A stretch of 64,000 nucleotides of DNA from Marsupella aquatica. Its lineage: Eukaryota; Plantae; Marchantiophyta. The translations under genes were made by a program, and so were the position numbers. This document shows positions 1 through 13,400 of this stretch, in pieces. The DNA lies in NCBI GenBank assembly GCA_973895155.1, contig OZ316899.1, positions 14,325,934-14,389,933 of the forward strand. The letters are read 5' to 3'. Position 1 is the stretch's first letter; every line of letters begins with the position of its first letter. The notes under the pieces were generated by a model, which saw only the letters and a program-made list of their open reading frames with translations, was not told the DNA's origin and searched no databases.

Positions 1-139
1 AGTCCGAGAACGTGTAGGGGTTTGAGATGCCCTACACTAATACCTGCGGCCTGAGCTAAGCCAGCGATGTAATCCCAACCTAATCCTAGCCAGTGTCGCC
101 CGGACGCTGGTGCTTCCATCTTCCGTGAATCCCGCCGCG

Positions 140-1900
140 TAATGCTTGGCATGCTTGCTAGTCCCACTCCAAACTAGATCCGGACCGCTAGTCCTGATGA
201 CCCCGCAGACGATCATTGTCCTCCCATAGGACCCGGATCTGGTGGTTCAAGGAGTCAAACTCCCGCTTCATGATGTCCACCTCCTCCGCCGCATCCTCAA
301 ACTGAGGCATCCTCCAAGTCATGGATGTTACTTGTCAGCATGTCTGCTAGCTGGCCTTGCTCGCTGACCTCTCTCGTAAGGCAATCAACCTCGGGCTTGA
401 GAGCGTCGACCCCTGTCCTGGCTTCTTGCTGGATCATGCCCGTCTACCATGTGTGCTCCCAACCCTCTAGGTTGTAGATCTGCTTCCGAAGATGAGCTTT
501 CTCCTCATCCTTGTCCGTGGTCGTGATGAATGAGCAAGCCACATACTCATTTATTTTGTTGATGGCCTCTTTTACATGTGCTTTGATCGCCTCGATAGTC
601 TCAGTGTAGCGTCGGTCTTCTGTATCCTCCCACTGATATTAGCAAGCCTGGTACTCGGCTTTGGTGGCAGTGAAGATGTCCCTCAAGGATACCATCCTTT
701 TTCATTGTCAAGAGCAAACCCATCTCGAGGCAAACATTCCTGGCAATGTTTCCCAGCAAGTCGATGAGAAACTTTCCGGGAATTGCCTGTTCCTCCTGAC
801 GGTGAACTTGGCCCTGCAAATCTTGCCTTTGTCACCCGGATAGGCTTGCCAAGGTCTGGTCAACTATGGTGGTGAGAAACCGGCCTGCTCCGGGGTCATG
901 GCAACGGGGGAAGAGTGCTTGGCTTCAAGGGCCGGCTCTGGATCCATGGTTGTTACATCCCAAATCCCGAATGCTCGTACAACCGCCGCATTGGTGGGGG
1001 GATGACCTCATTCTGTTGAATTTCCCCGCTCTCAACATCATCGTTGGTTGGCTGAACCCCACCCTCTGAACCAGTCGTCTCTGACTCCGCCTGATTCTGA
1101 ATAGTCTTCTTGCTCTCTTCTTGGACTTTTCCCTTCTCTCCATCATCCTCGTTTCCTGACTCATATACATAAATTGTTTCATGGGACTTTTTCTCTCCGG
1201 AGGCGGGCTCGTCATCCTCCTCCTCATGATCATTGACAATCCTAATCATCTCCTTTCCACCAGCTTCTTTCTTCTTTGGGTGCATTTAGTCATGGATTAC
1301 TGGATGCCCTTGAATCCATTCCTCCACCTTTGTCTCTCATTGAAAATTTTCATGAACACAACATTTGGAGAAATAGTCATCTTTCTCCTCTAGTCATCGT
1401 CTGGGATCTTCATCCGCATTATGTGATCCACCTCTCGTGTTCGAGAGATAAAATATTCCGACTGCTTCATGACATAGGAGACACGTCCAAGACCCAAAAT
1501 AATTTCATCTGCCTTAAAGACCTGATCAGGTGACAGCCATCTATTCGTCAAAGGATCAAAGAAACCGCAGTAGACAACATTTGTGTCCTTATTTGTAATG
1601 TTCCAGACAATGTGCTGAGCAGAACCCATGAAGTGGAGCAACCAACCATCTGCTTGAAATTCCTTTGGGGATGCAAATCTTGTACAGTCCCCGATAGTGC
1701 CAAAACTCACAAAGTTTCTTCATCCATTCTCTGTTTGAACTCCCCTGATAATCAAACAATAGTTACCTTCAACAGACCACGAATTCATAGTCGACAAAAT
1801 ATTCTCAAGTTTGGCCACCATTGGAATTTCAATCCGAAGCCTGTCAAAATGAAAATAAACGTATCGAAATCCTAGAGGACAAAGAGAAATATGTCAAAAC
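140..1900 (-). pseudogene. Decayed homolog of the coiled-coil accessory ORF2 of the 9647-17884 element
   Basis: The minus-strand translation (DKDEEKAHLRKQI...VDALKPEVDCLTREVSEQGQLADMLTSNIHDLED) aligns with 16610-16991 (GKDTEIARLRTKI...IDTLKAEVARLQREATKQAQLVDKLTSDTQQLEE). The 3' ends match: agcaagcatgccaagcatta vs ggcaagcgtgccaagcatta. Many stops and frameshifts; the 5' boundary is approximate. Confidence 0.6.
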
Positions 1901-2624
1901 ATGTGCACGAGACTCACCGTAGAAAATAAACGGGGCCGACAAATCGTATTCATTATTAACAAAATGATGTCAAAACATCCTTTACAAAATGGCCTTTAGC
2001 CTGTAAATGGTCGGAAGAAAAATTACCTTCAAAATCACATGAGCTAGTTTTATGACCAAGTTGAGCTCATCATGAAACGTTATCCAGATTTTGAAAACGA
2101 ACCTACTCGCTAAAAACAATAGAGAACCCTAACTTAAGGTATGCGGACACAAGTAGCCATGAAGGCAACAATTTCGCTTTTCAAATTCAATCCATTGCAC
2201 TTTGGTATCCAGTTGTCTTTCCCTCTCTTGACCATCGGCAAGCTCCTGTCGCAAGTCCTCCACTTGACGATCTCGGAACTTCTCCATCTCTAGAGAAGCT
2301 TTCATCAACTTTGCCGCTGTGTCACAAGTAGTCAAATGTTGGATCTGTGCCCATCGATATTTTGCAAACATCTGCTCCCGCTTGTATTCCCTTGCTTACT
2401 TTTCATCCTCTAACGTTTTTTGGAGAATCGTCCTTGCGATGAGCGCCTTCTTCTAGAAAAGTTGAAGGGACGAAGTCATGTGAACAATTCTTCGTTCCAA
2501 ATGGATACAGCCTCCAAAATATTCTACACGAACCCTAACTGGATAAAGGATTTTACACAAGACTCGCGTAGAAGGAAAACAGAGCAGTGGAGGTGATAAT
2601 TACCTTTGAGCTTCCTCAACGCAG

Positions 2625-2626
<2 letters not shown>

Positions 2627-2680
<54 letters not shown>

Positions 2681-2715
2681 CAAGAGAGCATGAGAGAAAA
2701 AGAGTGAGAGAGAGA
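2627..2715. repeat. (GA)n microsatellite, about 25 perfect units plus a degenerate tail
   Basis: Direct reading of the agagag run. Confidence 0.95.
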
Positions 2716-4298
2716 AATATGTTTTATAAAGTAGCAAAAACACCCAGTCAAGGCCACACCAAGAAGTTACTTTGTCCATACATACAATATGTCTAAGTCC
2801 TACAGTAGGGTCTGGGAGGAGTCCTGGATAGATAAGCATTACACCTTATAGTCCAAGTTAGAAAACTTCATATATTGCCGGTGACAAATGGTAAAGTAAG
2901 TTCACAGAAGTACAATGAAAAGTTCTGACGGAGATTATAGGTATCAAAAAAGTTACTACTCATACAGCCCTCAATTCGTTAACAGGACAGGTCTCCAAAT
3001 AGCTTAATCAAAGCGTAGTGGCAGGTGCTGCAATTGGAGGTACAGCGTAAAACAAGGGATAGAAATAACTAATGATAGAAGTAACAAGTGTCAGAAATAA
3101 CCAGGATTTGTTTATAAAAAAACTTTTCATAGAGTAATAAGTAGATAAATCTCAACGCCAGGGGTATAGAAAGAAGGATTACTCTATCAAGTCAACAAAA
3201 AACAATTTCTTGGAGATACTAGTGGTGTGGATAGGAGCGAATTGCTGCAGTGTTAGGAACAAAAAAATTTATTGATAGTTAGCATGGTCAGTATACGACA
3301 TATATGTAGCTTGTTAGAACTGGCATATAGCTCTAAGCAGAGCTCTATGCATGGACCATCGGTGCATCAAATCTGTTAGTCTTACAAACAGAAGTAGACC
3401 ATAAACCATAACTGACATGTAGTTGACTTGACTACATTGCAAGCCCCAGGTCCGTCATTCAGCCCCCGTACCTGGGGTGAATCAAGCCAATTAACTGACA
3501 AATTCATGCTATATGTTTCTGTTACCAAGATGCCTAGGCGGTAACGGGGAGACATATATCAGTTATGGGCTAGACTAAGCTATTCATGAAATATAAAAAA
3601 AGGAATCAATATGAGAAGAGCGGTACCTGTTGAGCGCGCGCCATAGCTGTGGTGGACAGGAAAGGAATCTTACACAAGTGTGCCATGGACTGCTCAAAAA
3701 GTAACCCTATAGGGAAAAGAAAGAAATGCTAGTGGTAAAGGACGATAGAGCAGTATGGGGTAGAGTGCTAATGGTGAGAGATGTAAAGGACAAAAGCATA
3801 GAGTGGGGCAGAGTGCCAATGGTAAGAGATAAGAAAACAGAGTGATAGTGGGAGGAGATGAACAGCACCTGAGCCAGTCATTCAGCCTGGGGGATGAAGA
3901 TGCTCAGAAGAATGCTTACGTAGAGAGGGGAGGTATCATGCAAAAGGAATGTTGAAGAACTGTGCGTCAGAACCAGTGGTGATTGTCTATTTTATAAGGA
4001 TAAAAGTGTTGGTAGGGTATCTTACGTAAGAAGGGAGAGAAGTTGTTTTTTAGGTTTTTAGTTTTTAGGCGTACCATAGCCGTTAGATTTAGGGTGAATT
4101 TAAATAAGTGGTGTAGATGTATAGATCTAAGTGTCTCTTGCGTAAGGTGAGCAATACGTACTTAGATATTATTTTCATGAGTATGTATGGCTTAGTATTA
4201 GTATTTTAATGGGTATATTTTAGAGAGAATCATAGAGTTGCGGTACAAGGTGCTTAACTGAGATAGATTTATATTGAATGGGTCATCTTGTAAAAAAA

Positions 4299-4463
4299 GA
4301 GAGAGAGAGAGAGAGAGCGTGAGAGAAGAGTGAGAGAGAGAGAGTGAGAGAGCGTGAAAGAAAGAGAGAGAGAGATAGCGAGAGAGAGTGAGAGAAAAAG
4401 AGTGAGAGAGAGAGGGAGAGAGCGTGAGAGAGAGAGAGAGAGCGCGAGAGAGAAACAGAGAGA
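4299..4463. repeat. Degenerate (GA)n microsatellite
   Basis: Interrupted gagaga run of about 165 bp. Confidence 0.9.
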
Positions 4464-4649
4464 GAATGAGAACAAGAGTGAGCTGGAGAGCAAGATGTAC
4501 CCCGTCCGGTTGAATACTATCAAACAACTAGAGAAAAGACGCAATCATAGATGTGTCGTGTGTCCATATATCTCTCTTAATTTATTGGGTTGATTTTTGC
4601 TGGCTGAGCTAGCTGCTGTCAACGGCAACTCCATGAGACCGTCATTGAC

Positions 4650-7600
4650 TATGGTCTATCTCATGTCCAGCAACATACTTGTGTGCTCAATCATCTTCAC
4701 TGTCATGACGATGAAACAATCGCCTCGTGCATGATTGTTTTCAAGGGAAGCAGGATCTACAAGGAAGATTTCTGGAATATTCATGGTTTTCACGAGGAAC
4801 GTTTTACACAACGTATTCACGATACATGGAGGGTGCAAAAGTTGGTGTTCATGGGAATGAAGAGACCATCAAGAGCAAAGACTACGTTGTGCTGTTCATT
4901 CACAAAATCAACTCAAAGTATCTTGCAGAAATGTGCAGAACCGATGCCACATCGTCACACAATTGGTTAAGACCGTACAGCCCGCTGAAGTCCCGTTTCA
5001 AACCTGCGCCTTCTTTGTGCTCATAAACTTGTCTGCTTCCTTCGTTGCCAGTATTTCAAAATTTAAGCTCCCCCCTCTCAGCAATCTGTCAAGATTTCCT
5101 TTTTTTCCGTGGCGAAGTTCGAGTAGAAAGAGCGTACTATGGCTGCTTCAATCATGGCAGACATGGTGGGCGCGACTAATCAATGAGCCAGTGTAGGTGA
5201 TAGCAATCGAAAGCTAACTGCTCAACACATGGGCAAGATTGTCGACTGGCTTGTAGATCCCTACAATTTTGCTATGCTCAATGGCTCAAGTCGGAGACTT
5301 CTTGTGGGAACACGACATCCATCAAATAGAACCGGTATGCCAACAGGTATAAGGCTCTTCATGTTGTCAATTCATTCATAGGAGCAAATGCTTGTGCTCA
5401 TGCAAATGATTCCAGGCATGAACCTCCCCTCGTCTGCTTCACAACATCATTCTGAAAATGGCACCTCACACCCGACATCAAGGCCACCGCCACATAGAGA
5501 TGAAGAGGTTGAGGTTGTCGATGTGTAGGTGCTAGGTTTGATACCAGCATTAGATGGATAGGGCTTCAAGTAAAGTTGTGCCCAACTTGACGGAAGAAGT
5601 AGCTCTTGCAGCGGCAAAAGCACATTACAAATTAAATGCCCAACTGTAAATGACATTATGAAATATAAATCAAGTATTATCCAAAGATGTGTCATAGTTT
5701 CTGCCTCAAGTACGTACTTTGTCCGGGACGTTGCGTTCGGCATTGTTTCTTTGTTGAAGCTCAATGAACTGAATTTGTTCTCACAGTAGGCACAACTTTG
5801 GGTTTTTGTAAAGATTGCACAGCATAGAGTCAAGAGTCATTCATGCCAAAAATACTGAGAACCTTCACGCTCAGGTGTTCAATGCCTCGTAGCAAAGTGT
5901 AATGTGGTATTGCCTCTCAGAATCTGTTACAAATTTCTGCACTTGAACTGCCCAAGTGTTTTCAAAATGAAAAAGCCCACCTCCTCTCCATATTCATGGA
6001 GCAGAGTTGTAGGTAAATATACTATTCCGCTAGGCTATTACTATTTTCTGCTAGGAAAATAACCTACAGAAGTACCGATGGACGTCTAGTGAACTCAGAA
6101 CGAAGCACACATAGAGTCTTGGTTGACCTGCGTTGCAAGAGTTGCAGTAGGCGTCCTAAACTGTAAACACCTATTCAGATGCATCCTTGTCTCTGCACGA
6201 TGTCTTGCCAGTTGATTGTGCACACTGGCAATTGACAACTCCGCCCCCTGCCTCATTAGAAATTGTAGAAATCAACAAAGTCAGGGTGTCAGATATGCTG
6301 CATTTGCCCTCGCATTTGCCATCACCTTTTGAATCGCCTTCAACCAACACTTCCTCTGAAAATTGGAAAAAGTCATCCCACAAAATCGGTAGGACTTGCA
6401 CAGAGGGCCATGTCTTTTGGAAGTGTGACACTTTGCCAAAGTACTTCTCGAATGGCACCTTCACTCTTTCAGGCCAGCATAGGTAATTCCACAGCCCCAA
6501 AAACAATTTTTCAGTGACAAAGTCATCGGAATCAACAAGCCACAGTGGGTCGCGAGGGCGCTCCATGATGAAATTGCAGTCTGCTAATGACAAGTAAATG
6601 AGTGTAGCAGCCACGTTCAAAGCATTTGTAAGTTTTAGGTAGGATTGAAGTCGAACGTGACCACATAAGTGGAACCAAAATGTGAGCACATTTGCACTGC
6701 AGTTTGCCAAATAGCAGCCAAACACGAGTCATCATCAAGCAGTAGTCAATGAAGTGTGCTGTTGACTGCAAGTACAGTCTTCTCACTGGCCAGGGGAGTA
6801 CAAGAATCGTCCAGGTCGACGGTTGAAAGCCAAGGCATGGTCCATCCCTTTCACTAGCAAGGCATTACCTGCCACCATAGTTGCCCTTCTAGAGGTAGAG
6901 GCGGTTCCAGAACGTTGTCGGCCCCAAACATCCTTGTTCCCCACAACATCTGGTGCGTCCAATGCCTCTTCCTCCTCTGTCCAGAGGTCCTAACTTCCCA
7001 CACAAAGTAACCCATCTAACCAACCATGGACTATTATGTTTCGTATTCAATTGGGTCCTAACCTCTTTCAAAGAACCATCAATAAGACCCACGCAGCCTA
7101 TTATATCACATGGCTGAAGACTCTGCATGGAAGGATGTTACATTGGAGGGATACGGTCTTCGAATTCCGGAGTTTCAATACCGGGAAAACATTGTTTCAG
7201 AATCTGTGTTTCAAGACACACTTTGCTCTCTTTCGGTAGCCGGGGTAGATTATCCATTACATGATGGATTCTGGCCTTGGACGAAGCATGGAATTGGGTA
7301 TCGTAAGGATGGTCAGAATGTGGATACCAACCCAAGCAAAGGCAATGGGGTGATGCATATAATCTGGAATGTATGAGAGCTTCAAGAAGATCAAGAAGAG
7401 AGGCAAAAAATCTTTGTCGGACACCCTTCTGAGCGTGAGAGGTCAATATTTAGTCCGAGGGCAGGGGCAGCGGAGGTCTAAGGGGGCAAAGGGTGGGGGT
7501 CAGGGTCCGCTGAGGGTGGGGGCTCGTGAGGGCGTAGGGGCAGCAGAGGTCGGGGCTAGGGCGTAGGGGGAGCGCAGGTTCGTCCCGGGTCTAAAGCATG

Positions 7601-7830
7601 TCCCTGCATCACAAAAATGGGCCATGACAAAGAGGGGGGAAGGAATACTCTAGGGAAACGTATGGGCCAATGATGCCTTGCCACCTCGCCTCCGGAACAC
7701 CAGGATGAGAACATACTACTTTGTTTACGGAATGGGGGGCAGGAAAGTAAATAAAATCATTTGGGGGACAGCTTACGAATTCCGGCAAGTTAGGGGGACA
7801 GGTTCATAAAAAGCTGTAACTAAGAAACCT
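4650..7830. other. Decayed coding-like sequence of unidentified origin, possibly a DNA-transposon remnant
   Basis: Fragmentary protein-like ORFs (e.g. 6171-6725 -, 7110-7376 +) and a ggggaca-rich end-like segment at 7760-7816. No partner terminus or recognisable domain found. Confidence 0.25.
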
Positions 7831-8474
7831 TGCTCGACACGAGACTTGCGTGGAAGATTTTTGGTGATGCACGGTATTTCCTAATTGTCGGGTTCAGGAC
7901 TATGGGAGAACAATGGGCGAGCCTCAACTCGAGTAGAGGTGGGGATATGCTTGGAGCTGGTTGGTTCCAATCACTTCCTTGTCCCCGGTTAGCTTTTAGA
8001 ATTATTATTGTTCACCACTTTCTTAGCATATGTACTGGCGTCGCTCTCATTGGATTTGAGAGTTACCTTCGTGCGCGGGTAAAAAATAAACCCCAATAGA
8101 TAACTGACAGGGTGGGTCCCATCGTTTGTTGACACCTTTTGCTTTCCCCGTTAGCTAAAGAAACAATTTAAGGTTGCACGAGGCTCGTGTAGGCCAGTCT
8201 ACCTAGCACTAGACCCATCATTTTTTACCTTCTGAAAGTGAAAGGTGTGTACTTGTATTCAATGTGAAATTGACTGCAATGGCGCGCATGTCAATCTTTG
8301 GCTCGTGTCCGTTGTGGTTTGGCGCCAGGTCATGGAATTCGACTGGGATGAGCTGAGTTTGCTGCAAAATGGAGGTTAAAGGTTTAAAGGCTCCTTTTGA
8401 TCAATGCGCTTTTGATCTCTCCTTGAGCGCTTGGCAACCATTTTGGATTGTTGTGATTTTGCTTAACTTTCATA

Positions 8475-8951
8475 ATGGCACCTGGAAGACGAGTGAGGAG
8501 CTCTTCGGCTTTATATGTGGAGAAGAGTACTAGTGCATTACAGGCAGATGATGTGAATGAGCAGCTCTCCAACTTCTCTGTGTGCTGGGATCCGTCTGAT
8601 AGTTTTGACTCAGGAGATGCTGCAAAAATGGCAACCATTCCTCCTCTTAGCAACCAAATTGTGGTTATTTGTGACAAGACCAAGGACCAGGCACTTGTTG
8701 CGGATGAGGTGGGGGAGGAAAAGAAAGAGAAACAGAAGAAGGTTACGGAGGAGCAACGAAAGAGGAACTGCCGGGAGGAATGTCAAAAGATGAGGCGTCG
8801 TGAGAAGAAGGAGCATTTGGCAGAGTATTACCGACCTTTGAAGAAGAAACGAAGCTCAAAGAGAGGTCTGAAGGATTGGGGAAGGGAAAAATTTCTGGAT
8901 AGCGATAATGCGGACACCGACGAGTGGATGCCATCATCTTGGAACGATTGA
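8475..8951 (+). CDS. Hypothetical 158-aa Lys/Glu/Arg-rich protein
   Basis: Open ORF with ATG; no recognisable domain. Confidence 0.25.
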   Translation: MAPGRRVRSSSALYVEKSTSALQADDVNEQLSNFSVCWDPSDSFDSGDAAKMATIPPLSNQIVVICDKTKDQALVADEVGEEKKEKQKKVTEEQRKRNCREECQKMRRREKKEHLAEYYRPLKKKRSSKRGLKDWGREKFLDSDNADTDEWMPSSWND

Positions 8952-9435
8952 GGCATTATTGAGTCAGCTATCGGAGGTGTTTTGGGGCTGTTTTTGGTGC
9001 GGACAGAATCGTTGCGTAGGAATTTGTTAGTTGATAGTGTGCATTGTGTTTAGGTGTGAACCGAAAGTGCTTGCATTTTCCGCCTTAGTGTTTTCCGCCT
9101 CGAAGGCTTGGGTGTTTCTGACATGGGAGGCTGGTTTCAGGGATGCCTTCGCCAACATCAACCGGGATTCTTGTTAGGCACATATGTTTCCCATGAATAT
9201 CCCAAGCTCATCTTTATGTGTACAAATGTCGAATGTTGTTTTGTTATTGGATGTTGGTGCTCTTTCATTCGCAATCCCCTTGTTGCTTGCCCACCCATTT
9301 CACATGATGCTCTCTCCCTCTGCGTGTGGTATGGGAGGAGAGAGATAGAGGAGCCTTTGTTCTCACGATGCCTTCTCCGATTGGGTGTGTTGGCGAGTGG
9401 CTCTCAAGTCCAGATGAACGGCCCGTGCAAAGAAC

Positions 9436-9495
9436 TTGTTCAGCACAATGGAGTTCCATGTGCTCATTCTAGGCATCGATAAAGCTGGCAAAACT
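9436..9495 (+). pseudogene. ARFRP1: Orphan exon fragment of an ARF-related GTPase (ARFRP1/ARL3-type P-loop)
   Basis: Translates LFSTMEFHVLILGIDKAGKT, followed directly by a gtatg splice donor. Matches the plant ARFRP1 N-terminal pattern (FSKTEFxVLILGIDKAGKT). No other exons seen. Confidence 0.7.
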
Positions 9496-10441
9496 GTATG
9501 CTCCTCTACACTATTACACTTGATCCCGCCCACTTTTTATGATCATCTCCCGTGTCTTTACGTACTCCTGATTATTGAAGAAGCTCTGAGTGCAACTTAG
9601 GTGTCCGGGCAACACTTGTTGTTGAGCTTCTACTCTTTACTCTTGTTGTGACGCCGCCGGTACGGCGGGTAATGAGTAATTTGGTCTAACCGCGCTTAGC
9701 ACGAGCGTTAGGGGTATTTTAGGCCGTTATTATTAGCATAACGATAGTATTTAGGTAGCCATTATGAGTAGGAAATCATTAGTCAATAAGGGGAATTCAT
9801 GTTCGGGCTGGCGGCGGGTCGTCATTTGCACGCCCGGGTTGCGAGCGTGTAATGGGCCCTTTTTCTCCCTCCCTTGGGTCCGTATAACAAACTCCGGGAG
9901 GCGGCCACTGACACAAGCTGACCCGAACTGGAGAAGGGGCTGTGTGATGCCCAGCCAGGAATCACTAGGCCGGTTTACATGGTAAAGCAGGAGTGTACCC
10001 TGGAAACACCTTAGTATAGGAACAAAAACAAGGAAAATATAAACAATTAAGGGTGACTATGGAACCCGGGCCAAGGCCGCAAGTAAGGACGTTGGGGGAG
10101 AGAACACAATTAGGGTTAGGGCGCGCTAAGCGTCGGCGGCTAGGGGTGACCAACGGGAGGGGAGACCAGAGGAGGAGAGGGGTAAGGACCGATCGCGAGG
10201 AATGGCGGCTCATTTGCAAGAACGAACTGGGCAGACGACTACGGGAGGCCAAATGCTGTCAGTTGCTTAGGCAAGCACTCGGGGTGGGAACAGATACCAA
10301 TGATTGACTCAAGGAGGGTATGAGCAACGTCAATCAAGCGGCACATTTTTGGGGATGCCTGTTCGAACGGGCAGGTGAGTACGTCAGGAATTACAAGGAC
10401 GAAGAATCAAAGAGAGCTGCTCAAGAACGGCAGGAGCTTGC

Positions 10442-13400
10442 TTGGCTCTGGGAACTGCAGAAGACAACTTTCTTAGGAGGAGAACTTATCAAGGCCGAGT
10501 TCTTGTGGACTCCTACTGCCAATCAGCTGACAACCTTCTGTTTTGCAAAAACAGAATCATTGGCATCTTGGAAGCCATCAATCGCTACAATGACCTACAC
10601 TGGGAGTTGAAGGGTAACACGGAGGGGTGCATGAAGGCAACCTTGCTAGGAGAAACATCCACGGCAGCCGAGATGAAGAGGAAAGGAAACAACAACAAAG
10701 AGGCCACCCCGACAAAAAGAACGAGGTCGGCGGCACCTAGAAAGCCAGCAGAGCAGCAGAGCAAGACAAGGGGAGAAGCCGATGAGGAAGAGGTCGATCC
10801 CATCAATGCCATTCCAACAAACGATGACACCTGGAAAGGCTAGGCGGCAACCCTACCGGAGGAAGTGCAATTACACTTTGCACGGGAGGAGGATGCATGC
10901 TTTACGGCTATGCAGACCAAGAAGTACCAAGGCTTCATGGCCGGATCCGGCTTGGAAGCCTTCGTAAGATTACCCTGGCTGAAGCCGGAGGTGCCGGACT
11001 CAGACTTGTTAGAATTCGTGGGATCATGGGAACCCGAGACCAATTCCACGAGGGTGTATGGGAAGGATTTCTATCTCACTCCCCGGGTGATTGCTGAAGT
11101 GTTTGGCTTGCCGATGGGTAATAAGACCAAGGTTGATACTAGGAAGACCTTACCTGACAAGGAGTTCCGGTTGTTCCCAGGACCATCAACGAAGAATGGC
11201 TTCTTCTGGAACACCTGCACCAACCCGCACATCGGAGAGATGATCGATTTCTTGCGGGTGACCATGCACTGTAACTTGCCGAGGGCAGAGATCGGCAAGG
11301 CTCAAGTCTACCTGGCAGAAAGGCCAAACCCAAGCCGGGATTACAACGGGTACCTCCTCAACCAATTGAAGAAGATCTTGAAGGAGGAACAGCAAGTGAT
11401 CAGCGTGGGAAGCGTGTCCCGGCTTGGCTATCACATGCCGCTGTTGTGCCGGTATGCCAGAAGTAAAATCTTTGCCCTAGTACTTCCCCTATCGGCAAGG
11501 GCACCGGAGGAGGTCCCGAAGCAGAGGCCGGCACCAGAGAAGCCCAACCAGCCCGACAGTCCAATGATTGAGCAGGTGTTTAGGCCAAGGAAAGAAAACT
11601 TGCCGATGCAGCAACCAGGCATGCAAAATCTGCTGAAATTGCTGGAGAAGGAAAAGAGAACGGTTCCGGCAACGGCAACGGCAATGGCACCGATACAGGA
11701 CACTGCCCCAGAAGTCGACCTAAGCCGACTCAGAAGGGAAGACCCCTTTACCGGAACCAAGGAGAGATTGAGGTCGGAACACAAGCCGGGAGTGCGAATG
11801 TACGTGGGAACCTCAAGCCCCGAATCAGAGGCAGAGGAGCCGGGAGTCCAAGTAGTGGAGGAGGCAGTGGAGGACTACAACAATGATAACTCCGGCTATG
11901 GGTCGGATCATCATGTTCCAGGAGTAAGGACCTGTGGCCAATTTATCTCCACGCTTCCAAGAGTAGTTCGAGGGGACCCCACCCAGCAGAGTAACCCCAA
12001 GTCTCCCCCACCAGTGGTTGCTCCCCCGAGCTTTGACGGCATAAAGCATACGGCACAAGAATTTCAGGAGCGACTTAGGGAGGAAGAGAGAGCAGCCCTG
12101 GCTAGGGAGAAGGATTTACCAGGAGGAGATTGGCCGAAGGACATCAGGCGGCTTGCCGAAAAAAGAAGCAACCCTCTTGCCACCGTAGAAGAAATCCGCA
12201 AGATGGCTTGGGAGCAGAGGCCGCGGTGGTTGATGCCGATGACTTCTAGTTACTCCACCTATGCTAAGGATAGAGCCATGGAGTACGGGGAGATGTGTGG
12301 GGACCTGGCGCTCAGCATCTTTGGGGAGGAGTTGGAGCAGGGACCCTTCTTCCAGAGGGAGATGTTGGAAAAGCACCGATTAGAAGAAGCGGTGACTTTG
12401 GAGAGAAGCAAGAAGGACGAGGTCATCCGGCGGCTTAGGGAGAAGGAAGCCAAGGTGGAAGACCTGCAGGTGGCCAAGAAAGCCCAAGATGAGTTGCGGA
12501 TTAAGCGGCATGAGCTAAACATCATGCAGGGGCAGTTGGATACCGCTAAGTCTGACAATCAGATTATCAAAGATAAACTGACTCGGACCCAAGGAGAGTT
12601 GGCCGACACAGTCAAAGAAAGAGAGAAATGGAAGCGGGAGCTAAGGGATGCAGAGGAAGCCCACTTAGCAACCAACAATCGGGCCATGGCGGAGAACCAG
12701 AGAAGGAAGAGGGCGTTGAAAGGAGAGCTCGAAGATATCCGTGGAGCCCTTGAGCAGAAGGAAGCAGAGTTAGGGAAATCCTATCAAGGGATTATTGCGC
12801 TGCAGCAGGAGCTTGCATCCCTAACGGCCAGCTTCAAGGCCGACCTGCGTGAAAAGGATGACCAGCTTGACCAGACTTATGCCAAGATGAATAAGATGGA
12901 GTCTGTGGTCGTAGTAGAGCTTGACAAGGAGCTAAGAGCAACCCAGGAGGAGAGGGCTACCTTGAAAAAAGAATTGGAGGAAGCCAATAAGGAGTTGGAG
13001 GAGGCGCGCAAGGACCTGGACGAGACCCAGGAGGAGTTGGACGAAATCATGAGGAAGATGGAGAACCTACAGCGGCGGGCCGACAACCAAACGGAGCGGC
13101 TGAAGACACAAGCCGCAGTATTTAAATGCTTGGCTTCATCAGGTCCAACTCCAATTGGGGGTACCCAGTTACCAGGGGTAGTATTGGCCGAAGGACAAGC
13201 CGTAACACTCACCCCGGTGCCGGAGGTAAGTGGCAAGGGGAAGGAACCGGCTGTCAAAATAGGGAAGAAGAAGAAGTGGAAACCTTCTAGGTCTGGGAGT
13301 TATACGGCTTCTCAAGCCGTTGTGACCAAGAAGATAAACCCGGCTCCAACCTCTAGCATCGGCACGGCGATGGATCCACCAGTCCTAGGAAGTGGAGATG

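Noticed and set aside
2524-4593. ORFs rich in LSLSLS or RERERE
   Set aside because: They are translations of (GA)n microsatellites.
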